Origin: an uncultured Acidobacteriota bacterium
GTDB lineage: Bacteria > Acidobacteriota > Vicinamibacteria > Vicinamibacterales > 2-12-FULL-66-21
DNA length: 64,000 nt
NCBI GenBank assembly: GCA_963748295.1
Contig: CAVVIH010000008.1
Location: 123,873 to 187,872 of the forward strand
Direction: 5' to 3'
Of this stretch, positions 52,145-62,177 are shown in pieces. Under the pieces are notes generated by a model. That model had not been told where the DNA came from, did no database searches, and saw only the letters and a program-made list of their open reading frames with translations. Within the stretch, counting starts at the first letter, position 1. Each line of letters begins with the position of its first letter. The position numbers and the translations under genes are program-made.

Positions 52145-53314
52145 TCATTCTATTACAGGGAACTCGAACCGCTCCACAACCGCCGCGGCGGTCGCCCCGG
52201 CCACCATCTCGGCGACCGGCAGCCGCCCTTCCGCGATGGCGACATCGGTCAGCCGCGCTTTCGTCGCAGGATGGCGCGGCGTGAACAGCGTGCAGCAGTC
52301 CTGGTCGGGAATGATCGAGATCGGATACGTGCCGAGGCGCTGGGCTTCGGCGGTGATCTCCTCCTTGTCCATGCCGACGAGCGGCCGCAGCACGGGCATC
52401 GAGACCACTTCGTTGATCGCCGTCATGTTCTCGAGCGTCTGCGACGCCACCTGGCCGACGACTTCGCCGGTTACCAGCGCCCGTCCCCTGTGCTCGCGCG
52501 CGATCGCTTCGGCGATGCGCATCATCAGCCGGCGATAGATCACGACGCGCAGCGGCGGGGCGATGGCAAGGACGACGCGCTGCTGGATTTCGCCGAACGG
52601 AACCAGGAAGAGCGTGGAGTTGAACTGGAACCGCGTGAGCAGGGCCGCCAGCTCGCGCGCCTTCTCCTGTGACGCCCGTGACAGGATCGGATAGCTGTGG
52701 AAGTGCACGAACAGTACGCGGCAGCCGCGGCGCATCATCCGCCACGCCGCCACCGGCGAGTCGATGCCGCCCGACAACAGGCAGACGACGCGGCCGCTGG
52801 CGCCGACCGGGAGTCCGCCGGCGCCGCGTTCCTTGCCGAAGTAGTAGAACGCCTGGTCGGTCAGGGCTTCGACGTGAATCGTCAGCGCCGGATTCCCGAG
52901 ATCGACGTGCCAGCCGCGAGCTTCCTTGATCCTGCCGCCGACTTCCCGCTCGATCTCGGGCGAGGTGAGCGGGAATCGCTTGTCCGCCCTGCGGGCGGAG
53001 AGCCGGAAAGATGGCGGATCGTCCGCATCGAGGTCGTTGAGGATCGCTCGGGCGATCGCCTCGACGTCGAGTGGGGCGCGGCCCGCGCGCGCGAAATTCG
53101 CGATGCCGAAGACGCGGCCCAGCCGCTCCGTGACTACGCCCCAGTCCGCCGCCGGCCCGAGCACCACCTCGATCCGGCCCATCAGCGCTCGGACATCGCG
53201 CACGTCCAGATCGCCGAGCGCCTGCCGGATATTGCGGACGAGCCTCGCGACGAACCAGGGACGGTTCTTTCCCTTGAGGGCAATCTCCTGATAGTGAACG
53301 ATGACCGACTTCAT
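52145..53314 (-). CDS. thiI: tRNA 4-thiouridine synthase
   Basis: EIALKGKNR, THUMP domain, LLSGGIDSPVAA, GQVASQT, DCCTLF. Confidence 0.93.
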   Translation of the reverse strand: MKSVIVHYQEIALKGKNRPWFVARLVRNIRQALGDLDVRDVRALMGRIEVVLGPAADWGVVTERLGRVFGIANFARAGRAPLDVEAIARAILNDLDADDPPSFRLSARRADKRFPLTSPEIEREVGGRIKEARGWHVDLGNPALTIHVEALTDQAFYYFGKERGAGGLPVGASGRVVCLLSGGIDSPVAAWRMMRRGCRVLFVHFHSYPILSRASQEKARELAALLTRFQFNSTLFLVPFGEIQQRVVLAIAPPLRVVIYRRLMMRIAEAIAREHRGRALVTGEVVGQVASQTLENMTAINEVVSMPVLRPLVGMDKEEITAEAQRLGTYPISIIPDQDCCTLFTPRHPATKARLTDVAIAEGRLPVAEMVAGATAAAVVERFEFPVIE

Positions 53315-54657
53315 CTCTTCGCCGCTCCGGCCGCCCAGTGTCCGCTCACCACCGCGCTTTCGATCGTCCCCGGCAGGCCGGTATCGATCCAGTCGCCGGC
53401 AAGCGTCAGTCCTCTGACCGCCGTTTCCACCCGCGGCCGCTGCGGCTGCCCGGGCGCCAGCGAGAACGTTGCGCGCTTCTCGCGGATCACCGTCCCGCGC
53501 ACGAACGCCGCCTGCCGCGCGCCCGGAATCGCTTCCGCGACCTCGCGAACCGCGCGCGCGATCAAAGCCGGCGCGTCTTCCCTGGCGAGCGCCTCGGCGC
53601 CACTCGCAACCAGCGAAAGATGAGACGCGTCGCTGCCGAATGCAAGGCGCTTGTCGAACACCCACTGCATGGCGCGGCCTGGCAGGCCGACGAACGCCTC
53701 GTCCATCACCCGGCGGTCGTACCAGAGGTTCACCGTGACGATCGGCATCGACCCGGTTTCGTCGGCCGCGGCCACCGTGTCGTGCATGCCCGCCGGCGGC
53801 TGTCCGCCAAACACGCCCTTCAGCCCGTACCAGGGAACCGCGCAGATGACGTTCGGGCAGAGGATGGTTTCGCCTCGCACATCCACGCCGGCGACACGCT
53901 CATCATTGACGATGATGCGCGCGAGCGCGTTGGTGCGCACGCTGCCGCCGCGATCCTCGATAAACCTGCGCGCCGGCTCCGCATACATCAGATGCAGCGG
54001 CCGCGCCGGCAGGACGAGCGCCGCATCCGATGGATCCGGTCCGAACATCTCGGCAAGCACGCGGACGAACGGCGCCGCCGAGGCCACTTCCGGCGGCTGG
54101 TTCAGCGCGGCCACTGCCAGCGGCTCCCACAGCCACGACCGAAGCTTCGTCCCCTGACCGTGCTCACGCAGCCATTCCGAGACCGTCGTCCCTGCCGGCG
54201 CCACGCTGACGCGCCCGAGGCTCTCCAGCTCGCGCCGCGCCTTGCGCAGCGGACCGGCGAGGCGCAGCACCGACAATCGATCCCTCCACGGCATCGCATC
54301 CCAGTCGAGGACCGCCGCCACCAGGTGCAGCGGCGACGGCAGCGGCGGACATCGCAACTCGGTGCGCCGGCCTACCGCGTCGATGTAGGGCACGACGAGC
54401 GACGACTGGCGCCGCACGTTGTCCTGCGCGCCGACACGGTCGAGAAACGCAAACGTTTCGCGATAGCAGCCGAACAGCACATGCTGCCCGTTGTCGACGA
54501 GCTCGCCGCTGGTGCGATCGGGAAACGCCGTCGCGCGTCCACCGAGCTGGGGACGCGCTTCGAGCACGAGCACGCGCGCGCCCTGCTCGGCAAGTACCGC
54601 GGCGGCGCTCAACCCGGCGAAGCCGGCGCCGATGACGACGATGTCGGGGCCGGTCAC
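53311..54657 (-). CDS. hpnE: Hydroxysqualene dehydroxylase
   Basis: IGAGFAGLSAA, DNGQHVLFGCY, LAGDWIDTGLPGTIESAV; follows hpnCD. Confidence 0.92.
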   Translation of the reverse strand: MTGPDIVVIGAGFAGLSAAAVLAEQGARVLVLEARPQLGGRATAFPDRTSGELVDNGQHVLFGCYRETFAFLDRVGAQDNVRRQSSLVVPYIDAVGRRTELRCPPLPSPLHLVAAVLDWDAMPWRDRLSVLRLAGPLRKARRELESLGRVSVAPAGTTVSEWLREHGQGTKLRSWLWEPLAVAALNQPPEVASAAPFVRVLAEMFGPDPSDAALVLPARPLHLMYAEPARRFIEDRGGSVRTNALARIIVNDERVAGVDVRGETILCPNVICAVPWYGLKGVFGGQPPAGMHDTVAAADETGSMPIVTVNLWYDRRVMDEAFVGLPGRAMQWVFDKRLAFGSDASHLSLVASGAEALAREDAPALIARAVREVAEAIPGARQAAFVRGTVIREKRATFSLAPGQPQRPRVETAVRGLTLAGDWIDTGLPGTIESAVVSGHWAAGAAKR

Positions 54658-55499
54658 GGGCGCAGGGCCGTCCGCGCCCAGGTGCCCGCAGCAATGAGCG
54701 CGCGCCGCGGCCGTGGGATCCGGACGACGGTCGAGAAGACGTCGTAATCGCGCCGTTCGATCCGATCGAGGATGGCGCGATAGATCGCGCCCATGATCTG
54801 CGCCGCGACCAGCCGCCGCGCGTCATCACGCGGCATCGCCTCGTCGGCGCGGCGATAGTAGTCGCGGGCGCGCTGCGCCTGATAACGCAGCAGCGCCTTC
54901 ACCTCGGGGGAACGGATGCCATTGCCCGCGGCGTCCGTCTCTCGCCTGAGGTCGTCGACGGTGCAGCGGAACTGGCGCATCTCGACTTGCGGAATGTAGA
55001 CGCGCCCCCGCTTCAGATCCTCGGGCACGTCGCGAAGAATGTTCGTCAGCTGCAGCGCCACTCCCAGCTCGGTTGCGTAGGTTTTCGACTCCGGTTTGCT
55101 GTAGCCGAATATCTCCAGGCAAATCAGGCCGACCGCGGACGCGACCCGGATGCAGTATTCGTACAGATCCTCGAACGTCTCGTACGGGCGGGGCACGATG
55201 TCCATCTCGACGCCGTCGATCAGCGCCTCGAACGCGGACCGCGGCAAGCCGAAGCGCGTCACGAGCGGCGCCAGCGCGCGTCCCTGCGGCGTCTCGGGCG
55301 TTCCGCCGTCGTAGCACGCGGCCAACTCCCGCCGCCATCGCGCCACCTCGAACCCTACGCGTCCCCGATCCGCATCAGCCACTTCGTCGGTGGCGTCATC
55401 CACGGCGCGGCAGAAGTCCCACACCGTGACGATGGCATGCCGCTTTTCTTGCGGCAGCACGAGGAACGAGTAGTAGAAGTTGGTGTCGCGGCCGCCCAT
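54654..55499 (-). CDS. hpnD: Presqualene diphosphate synthase
   Basis: TNFYYSF, FCRAVDD, YCIRVASAVG, LQLTNILRDVPED. Confidence 0.9.
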   Translation of the reverse strand: MGGRDTNFYYSFLVLPQEKRHAIVTVWDFCRAVDDATDEVADADRGRVGFEVARWRRELAACYDGGTPETPQGRALAPLVTRFGLPRSAFEALIDGVEMDIVPRPYETFEDLYEYCIRVASAVGLICLEIFGYSKPESKTYATELGVALQLTNILRDVPEDLKRGRVYIPQVEMRQFRCTVDDLRRETDAAGNGIRSPEVKALLRYQAQRARDYYRRADEAMPRDDARRLVAAQIMGAIYRAILDRIERRDYDVFSTVVRIPRPRRALIAAGTWARTALRP

Positions 55500-55505
55500 G
55501 TCTCG

Positions 55506-56426
55506 CTAGGTGCGCGTCCACAGTATCGCGTCGCGCAGAATCGCCGGCACGTCCGCGGCGCCGAGCGTCGGCCGGGCGTCGAACGACGTCAGGCGCGCGG
55601 CTTCGACCTTGTCGAGAATGCGTCGCCCGCCAAGCCAGGTCAGCCGCAGCTCCCATTTCAGGCGCCCGTTCACACCGTCGCACACTTCGCGGCCGGCGTC
55701 GAACAGGCCGCGCGTACGCTCGACCATCGACGTCAGCACCGCCCGCCACATCGGCGTCATGCGCCGGGCCGCCAAATCCGCCTCACGCGCGCCCCCCTGA
55801 TTCACGTCCGCAACCGGCACGTACAACCTGCCGTTGTTCCAGTCACGTCCAGAGATCCTGCCAGAAATTCGTCAGTTGCAGTGCGGTGCAGACCTTGTCC
55901 GACGCCGCGTCCAGACGCGGTGTCGCGACGCCGGCGACCCGAAGGACGAGCCGGCCCACCGGGTTCGCCGATCGCCCGCAGTAGTCGAGCACGTCGTCCC
56001 AGGTCTGATACCGCCGCGTCGTCACGTCCTGCCGGAAGGCGCTGAGGAGATCCTCGAAGAGCGACACTGGGAGTGCGCACTGGCGGATCGTGGCGTGCAG
56101 CGCCTCGAAGATGAGATCATCGTCGGCCTCCGTGCGCTCCCGAGTGCCCCGCCTTCGCTCGCGGCCCAAAGACGCGCTTCGGCGCGGCAGGCTGAGTCAT
56201 GCAGGCGCCTGCCCCAATCGTCGAGCAGCCGGATGCGTTCATCGTCCGGGATCCCCGGCTCATCCGCGAAGTCGTCTGCGCGTCGAGCGAACGCGTAAAT
56301 GGCAGCGATGTGCGGACGCATCTTCGGCGGCAGCAGCAGCGAGGCAACGGGGAAATTCTCGTAATGGCTACGGGCGACGCGCTCGCAGTACGCGTACGCG
56401 CGCCTTTGCCGATCGTCGATTACCAC
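55506..56426 (-). CDS. hpnC: Squalene synthase HpnC (frameshifts near 56125 and 55845; internal palindromic insert)
   Basis: HYENFPVAS, YAFARRADDFADE, AFRQDV, SANPVGRLVL, QLTNFWQD. Confidence 0.88.
56147..56193. repeat. REP-like element inside hpnC
   Basis: CCGCCTTCGCTCGCG...CGCGCTTCGGCGCGGCAGGC. Confidence 0.5.
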
Positions 56427-56959
56427 TCGGTCTCGGGCAGACCGGCGCGATGGTTTGCCGCGCGCGCCATGACGAAGAGGAGATCCGACAGCCGGTTCAG
56501 GTACACCAGAACCTCCGGATCGACGGCGTCGGGGCCAAGCCCTACGACCGCGCGCTCGGCGCGGCGGCAAACCGCGCGCGCGACGTGCAGCGACGCGCCG
56601 GACGATCCTCCGCCGGCCAGGATGAAGTGACGGAGCGGCGGCAGCTCCGCTTCGAGTTGATCGATCCACTCCTCGAGACGCGTCACGTCCGCCTGGCCGA
56701 CCGTTGCCTTTGCCACGCGCTCCGCGATCCGGCGCGCAGGGTCCGCGAGGCGCGCACCGACTGCAAACAGATCGCGCTGGATCCGCTCGATCATCGACGA
56801 CAGCTGCGCATCCGACGTCGCGGCCCGCGTGAGCCCGAGCCAGGCGTTCAGCTCGTCCACCTCGCCGTAGGCGTCGACGCGCGCCGCCGCCTTCGATACA
56901 CGCTCGCCGCCGAACAGGCTCGTGTCGCCCGTGTCGCCGGTCCTGGTGTAGATTTTCAC
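56420..56959 (-). CDS. PduO-type cob(I)alamin adenosyltransferase
   Basis: KIYTRTGDTGDT, YGEVDELN, RRAER, YLNRLSDLLF. Confidence 0.93.
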   Translation of the reverse strand: MKIYTRTGDTGDTSLFGGERVSKAAARVDAYGEVDELNAWLGLTRAATSDAQLSSMIERIQRDLFAVGARLADPARRIAERVAKATVGQADVTRLEEWIDQLEAELPPLRHFILAGGGSSGASLHVARAVCRRAERAVVGLGPDAVDPEVLVYLNRLSDLLFVMARAANHRAGLPETEW

Positions 56960-57021
56960 AGGATGATTATAGGCACGTTCCCCAGACCAGCCGTCCGCCG
57001 CCGCAAGGGGACAGGCTCCAG

Positions 57022-57747
57022 GTGACGCGTTCTTCAAAAGCAAAAACCCGCGCCGCATCGCCGGTGTCGCTGCCGGCCGCCGGAAACCGTCAGCGCTTCC
57101 GGAAGCGGCTCCTCGAGTGGTATCGCGAAAACGGCCGCGATCTCCCGTGGCGCCGCACGACCGATCCGTATCACATCCTCGTCTCCGAAGTGATGCTGCA
57201 GCAGACCCAGGTCGATCGCGTGCTGCCGAAGTACGACGAGTGGCTGCGCAAGTATCCGTCGCTCGAGGTGCTCGCCGCGGCGGAAGAAGGCGACGTGTCC
57301 GAGACATGGCGGCCGCTCGGCTACAACATCCGTCCGCGCAGGCTCCACGCCATCGCGCGCGAATCGGTCGCCCGTTATGGCGGCGCGCTGCCGTCCGACG
57401 AGGAAACGCTGCGCTCGTTCAAGGGGATCGGCGCCTACACCGCAGGCGCGGTCCTCAGCTTCGCATTCCGTCAACGCGCCGCGATTCTCGACACCAACGT
57501 GGCCCGCGTGCTGTTCAGGATCTTCATCGGCCGCGGCAACCCGCGATCGCACGCGATGCGCCGTCATCTCTGGGAACTCTCGCGATCGGTTCTTCCGGTT
57601 CAGCGCAACGTCTTCGACTTCAATCAGGCGCTGATGGATTTCGGCGCGACGCTTTGCGTCGCCAGAAAGCCGAAGTGCCTGGTGTGCCCGATGAAACGCA
57701 GCTGCGCCGCCTATCCATTCAACCCGGAGAACGAAAGAGCCGAGTGA
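57022..57747 (+). CDS. mutY: A/G-specific adenine glycosylase, lacking the C-terminal domain
   Basis: RDLPWRR, SEVMLQQTQV, GIGAYTA, LDTNVARV, and a four-Cys Fe-S motif. Confidence 0.9.
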   Translation: MTRSSKAKTRAASPVSLPAAGNRQRFRKRLLEWYRENGRDLPWRRTTDPYHILVSEVMLQQTQVDRVLPKYDEWLRKYPSLEVLAAAEEGDVSETWRPLGYNIRPRRLHAIARESVARYGGALPSDEETLRSFKGIGAYTAGAVLSFAFRQRAAILDTNVARVLFRIFIGRGNPRSHAMRRHLWELSRSVLPVQRNVFDFNQALMDFGATLCVARKPKCLVCPMKRSCAAYPFNPENERAE

Positions 57748-58146
57748 GGTCCGACCTTTCGCGCATCGTCGTCACCGCCGCGGTCATCGAGCGTGGTGGC
57801 GCGTACCTCGTCACGCGCAGGCCCGGCGGCGTTCACCTCGAAGGGTATGGGAGTTCCCGGGCGGCAAGTGCGAGCCTGGCGAGGATCACGAAACGTGCCT
57901 GCGCCGGGAGATCGAGGAGGAACTCGGTGTAGACGTGCGCGTTGGCCGTCAGATCTTCGAAGTCGCGCACGAGTACCCGGACCGCGCCGTCGAACTGCAT
58001 TTCTTCGAGTGCGAGCTTCTTGGCGAGCCGGTTGCGCGGCTCGGGCAGGAGATGAGGTGGGTGGCGCCGGGCGATCTCGCCGCGCTGGAGTTTCCGCCGG
58101 CGGATGCCGAGTTGATCAAACTGCTGGCGCGTGCGGGACGTTTTAA
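57744..58146 (+). CDS. mutT: MutT-like NUDIX hydrolase (frameshift near 57848; end uncertain, 58146 or 58306)
   Basis: WEFPGGKCEPGE...CLRREIEEELG NUDIX box, HEYPDRAVELHFF, FPPAD. Confidence 0.8.
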
Positions 58147-58310
58147 CAGGAGTTCAAGAGTTCAGGAGTTTTTCTTACACGAGATCAAGAGATCAGGAGC
58201 TCTTTTTGCAGGAGATCAAGAGATCAGGAGTTCTGGGTCTAAAGAATATTCTCCTGACCTCTTGATCTCCTGTAAAAAACGTCTCCTTATCTCAAGGATC
58301 TCCTGATCTC
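58147..58310. repeat. Octamer-triplet modules with inverted arm
   Basis: CAGGAGAT-CAAGAGAT-CAGGAG type modules at 58147, 58178 and 58209 (31-bp period); inverted copy at 58251-58272 and a degenerate one at 58283-58310. Confidence 0.9.
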
Positions 58311-59302
58311 ACCCGCGCCTCACGGCGCCCCCCGGACGTATTCACCGTCAGCGCCGTCCCGGGCGCGACGAAGTCGCGATGCGCATACCCCAGCGCGATC
58401 GCGCCGAGACGCGGTGACCGCGCGAAGCTGGTGACGAACCCCACCTCGCGGTCGCCAGCGAACAGCCGGTCGCCGCGCGCGGCGTCGGCGTCCAGCGTCA
58501 GGCTGACGAGCCTGCGCGCGACGCGGCCGTGGCCGCGGTGCAGCACGCGGATGATGATCTCCTGGCCGACGTAGCAGCCCTTGGTCTGACTGATCGCGCG
58601 ATCCTCGATCCCGGCCTCGAGCGGGATGGTGTCCTCGTCCATGTCCTGGCCGAACGCCGGATGACCCGCCTCGATCCGGCAGACTTCGGCCGCCGCTTCG
58701 GACACGGCAAGCGCTCCGGATTCAGCCAGCGCGTCCGTCAGCGGTTGCCGCATCTCCGGGTCGACAAAGACGTCGAACCCCGGAATGCCATAGTCGTCGC
58801 TGCGGACGACGACGGCCGGCGTGCCACGCAGATCGAATCGGCGGTTGTCGTTCAGGCGGAGACGCTCGAGCTCTGACGCGTCCGGCGCAGTCTCGTCGCC
58901 AGAACGCAGACGGGCCAGCGCGGCGCTGAGCGCCGGCCCGGCGCTCGGGCCATACACGCCGAACTGGACGATCGAACCGGTCACGTCGGCGACAGTCACG
59001 TCCTCGCTGAAAATGAAGTCTTCGAATCGCGTCCGTATTGCCGGTGCCGTCGTGGCGGGAAGATCGATCAGGATCGCGTCGCCGAGCTCGAGCACGCGCA
59101 TGTCCGAGATCATCCGTCCCTGCGGCGTCAGCATCGCCGCGTAACAACCGCTGCCGGCCTCAAGCGCCATGATGTCGTTCGTCAGCAGCCCCTGCAGGTA
59201 ACTCCGTCGATCGTTGCCGGTCAGACGAAGCCGGCCGCGGCCGGATCGCTCGAGGAAGCCGGACGTTTCCTGCAGAGCCCGGTAAGCACCGTGTGAAAAC
59301 AT
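58292..59302 (-). CDS. ygfZ: YgfZ/GcvT folate-binding protein
   Basis: YLQGLLTND, LTPQGRM, RIEAG, KGCYVGQE. Confidence 0.9.
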   Translation of the reverse strand: MFSHGAYRALQETSGFLERSGRGRLRLTGNDRRSYLQGLLTNDIMALEAGSGCYAAMLTPQGRMISDMRVLELGDAILIDLPATTAPAIRTRFEDFIFSEDVTVADVTGSIVQFGVYGPSAGPALSAALARLRSGDETAPDASELERLRLNDNRRFDLRGTPAVVVRSDDYGIPGFDVFVDPEMRQPLTDALAESGALAVSEAAAEVCRIEAGHPAFGQDMDEDTIPLEAGIEDRAISQTKGCYVGQEIIIRVLHRGHGRVARRLVSLTLDADAARGDRLFAGDREVGFVTSFARSPRLGAIALGYAHRDFVAPGTALTVNTSGGRREARVRSGDP

Positions 59303-59328
59303 GGCTGTGCTGCTGATATCCTCAATAG

Positions 59329-61017
59329 ATGCACGTTTTTCTGCGGTCATTGGCAAGAGTCCCTGGCTGCCATTGTCCCGCCGCCTTTCTCGCCCTCTTT
59401 CTGACCGCCCTCCACGCGCAGACGCCCTCCGAAAACCCGGCGCCGGCGACCGGCGAAGCCTCGTTCAGCGTGTTCATCCGGGGCGCCGAGGTCGGCCGCG
59501 TTCAGACGAACCTCTCGCGCACAGGCAGTGACTGGCTGATCACCTCCACCGGCCGCGTCGGCGACCTGGTCATCAACCGGTTCGAGCTGAAGTACGGCGC
59601 GGACTGGCAGCCGATCGATCTGCGGATCGAAGCGACACAAGGCGACAAGAAAACGCAGCTGAACACGTCGTTCGGCGTGACGACGGCCATCAACGAGATC
59701 ACGCAGAACGCGGTGACCAACGCGAAGACCGATCAGATTTCCGCCCGCACCGTCGTCCTCCCGAATACGTTCTTTGCCGCTTACGAGGCCCTCGCGGCAC
59801 GATTGTCGGTCACCGGACCCGGCGCCGAGCTGCCGGTTTACGTCGCGCCGCAGGCCGAGGTCAAGCTCGCGGTCAAGACGGTCACGGGCGAGACGGTGCA
59901 GACGCCGTCGGGAAGCATCGCAACGCGGCGATACGAGATCGTCATCCAGAATCCGGGCGGGCCGCTCAACGCGACGGTGACGATCGACGACAAGGCGCGA
60001 TTCGCGAAGCTCGAGCTTCCGGCGGCCTCGATGCTGGTCGTGCGCACGGATTTGTCCAGTGTCGCGGTTCGAACCCAAAGTGCGCGGAACCCGACCGACT
60101 CTGACGTCACCATCCCGGCGGCGGGATTCACGATTGCCGGCACGCTGACGCTGCCGCCCGGCGCGTCCGGCAGCGCCGGCCGGCTTCGCCACCCGACGAT
60201 TGTCCTGGTAGCCGGGTCGGGACCGGTCGACCGCGACGCGCTCGTGGCGGGAATCCCGATCTTCACCCAGCTCGCGGGCGACCTCGCGAAACGCGGATAC
60301 ATGGTGCTGCGGTACGACAAGCGCGGCGTCGGTCAGAGCGGCGGCCGCACGGAGACCGCGACGCTGCAGGATTACGCCGACGACCTCGTCGCGATCGTCA
60401 GGTGGCTCGAGAGGCGGGACGACGTGGACGACAACAGGCTCGCGGTGGTGGGACACAGCGAGGGCGGCGCCATCGCGATGCTTGCCGCCGGCCGCGACAA
60501 GAGGATCAAGGCGCTGGCGCTCGTCGCCGCGCCCGGGAGCACCGGCGCGGAGCTGATCCTCGAGCAGCAGAGCCACCAGCTCGACCTGATGAAGGTCTCC
60601 GAGGAAGAGCGCGCGGAAAAAATCGCGCTTCAGAAAAAGATCCAGCAGGCCGTGTTGAGCGGCAAGGGGCTGGACGGATTGCCGCCGCAGATTCAGAAGC
60701 AGGCGAACACGCCGTGGTTCCGCAGCCTGCTCGCGTTCGATCCGGCGCAGGCGATGGAGAAGGTGACGCAGCCTGTTCTGATCCTCCAGGGCGATCTCGA
60801 CGTGCAGGTGCCGCCCCATCACGCCGACAAGCTCGCGGAACTGGCCCGGGCGCGGAAGAAGAACGCGATCGTCGAGGTCGTGCACGTTCCCGGCATCAAT
60901 CACCTGCTCGTTCCCGCGACGACCGGCGAGGTGCAGGAATACCAGGCGCTGACAGAGAAGAAGGTCAGCGAACAGGTTTCGGTCACGATTGCCGATTGGC
61001 TGAAGAAGATCGGCTAG
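59329..61017 (+). CDS. Secreted alpha/beta hydrolase with N-terminal beta-rich domain
   Basis: GSGPVDRD, RYDKRGVG, GHSEGG, QGDLDVQV, INHLL. Confidence 0.85.
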   Translation: MHVFLRSLARVPGCHCPAAFLALFLTALHAQTPSENPAPATGEASFSVFIRGAEVGRVQTNLSRTGSDWLITSTGRVGDLVINRFELKYGADWQPIDLRIEATQGDKKTQLNTSFGVTTAINEITQNAVTNAKTDQISARTVVLPNTFFAAYEALAARLSVTGPGAELPVYVAPQAEVKLAVKTVTGETVQTPSGSIATRRYEIVIQNPGGPLNATVTIDDKARFAKLELPAASMLVVRTDLSSVAVRTQSARNPTDSDVTIPAAGFTIAGTLTLPPGASGSAGRLRHPTIVLVAGSGPVDRDALVAGIPIFTQLAGDLAKRGYMVLRYDKRGVGQSGGRTETATLQDYADDLVAIVRWLERRDDVDDNRLAVVGHSEGGAIAMLAAGRDKRIKALALVAAPGSTGAELILEQQSHQLDLMKVSEEERAEKIALQKKIQQAVLSGKGLDGLPPQIQKQANTPWFRSLLAFDPAQAMEKVTQPVLILQGDLDVQVPPHHADKLAELARARKKNAIVEVVHVPGINHLLVPATTGEVQEYQALTEKKVSEQVSVTIADWLKKIG

Positions 61018-61037
61018 ATCGACTAGACTTCACCGCC

Positions 61038-62168
61038 ATGAAGATCGGCATTCCGAAGGAACACTGGCCGGGTGAAACGCGCGTGGCCGTGGTGCCGGCC
61101 GGCGTGACCGCCCTCACCAAGGCCGGCCTGCAGGTGGCGGTCGAAAAGGACGCCGGTACCGCGGCCGGCTTTCTCGACTCGGCGTATCAGGCGCAGGGCG
61201 CCGAGATTCTGTCGAGGCACGACCTGTTCGCCTCTGCCGACATCCTTCTGACGGTCCGCGCCACCCCGGTCAACGGCGAAGTCCGCCGCGGCCAGGCGAT
61301 CATCGGCTTTGCCGATCCGCTCGGCGCCCCGGACGTCGTCCGCGACGCGGCGAAAACCGGCGTGACGATGCTGTCGATGGAACTGATGCCGCGCATCACG
61401 CGGGCGCAGAGCATGGATGCGCTCTCGTCGATGGCGACGATCGCCGGCTACAAGGGGGTGCTGCTGGCGGCCGACGCGCTGCCGCGGATCTTTCCGATGC
61501 TGATGACCGCGGCAGGCACGATCTCCCCGGCAAGGGTATTCGTCGTCGGCGCCGGCGTCGCGGGGCTGCAGGCGATTGCCTCGTCACGGCGTCTCGGCGC
61601 CAGGGTCGAAGCGTATGACGTCCGTCCGGCGGTGAAGGAGCAGGTCCAGAGCCTGGGCGCGAAGTTCGTGGAGCTGCCGCTCGAGTCCGCCGACTCCGAG
61701 GACAAGGGAGGATACGCGAAGGCGCAGGACGAGTCGTTCTATCGCCGCCAGCGCGAGATGATGCTCAAGGTCGTCGCCGCCAGCGACGTCGTCATCACGA
61801 CCGCGTTGATTCCGGGAAAACGCGCGCCGATCCTGGTCACCAAAGAGATGGTCGAAGCGATGCAGCCGGGCTCGGTGGTCGTCGATCTCGCGGCGGAGCG
61901 CGGCGGCAACTGCGAGCTGACGGTTCCGGATCAACGCATCGTCCACAACGGCGTCACGATCATCGGCCCGTCGAATCCCGCTGCACTGGTTCCGTATCAC
62001 GCGAGCCAGATGTATTCGAAGAACATCATCACGTTCCTGATGCACCTGCTCGGCAAGGAAGGCGCGAAGCAGACGGCGCTGCCGGTCGATGCCGAGGACG
62101 AGATCACGCGCGAGACGCTGCTCACGCGCGACGGGAACGTCGTCCACCCGCGGCTGGCCGGGACATAA
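61038..62168 (+). CDS. pntAa: NAD(P) transhydrogenase alpha subunit, soluble NAD(H)-binding domain dI
   Basis: MKIGIPKE, PRITRAQSMDALSS, GAGVAGLQAI, TALIPGKRAP, DLAAERGGNC; no TM part. Confidence 0.9.
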   Translation: MKIGIPKEHWPGETRVAVVPAGVTALTKAGLQVAVEKDAGTAAGFLDSAYQAQGAEILSRHDLFASADILLTVRATPVNGEVRRGQAIIGFADPLGAPDVVRDAAKTGVTMLSMELMPRITRAQSMDALSSMATIAGYKGVLLAADALPRIFPMLMTAAGTISPARVFVVGAGVAGLQAIASSRRLGARVEAYDVRPAVKEQVQSLGAKFVELPLESADSEDKGGYAKAQDESFYRRQREMMLKVVAASDVVITTALIPGKRAPILVTKEMVEAMQPGSVVVDLAAERGGNCELTVPDQRIVHNGVTIIGPSNPAALVPYHASQMYSKNIITFLMHLLGKEGAKQTALPVDAEDEITRETLLTRDGNVVHPRLAGT

Positions 62169-62177
62169 TACGAACGA

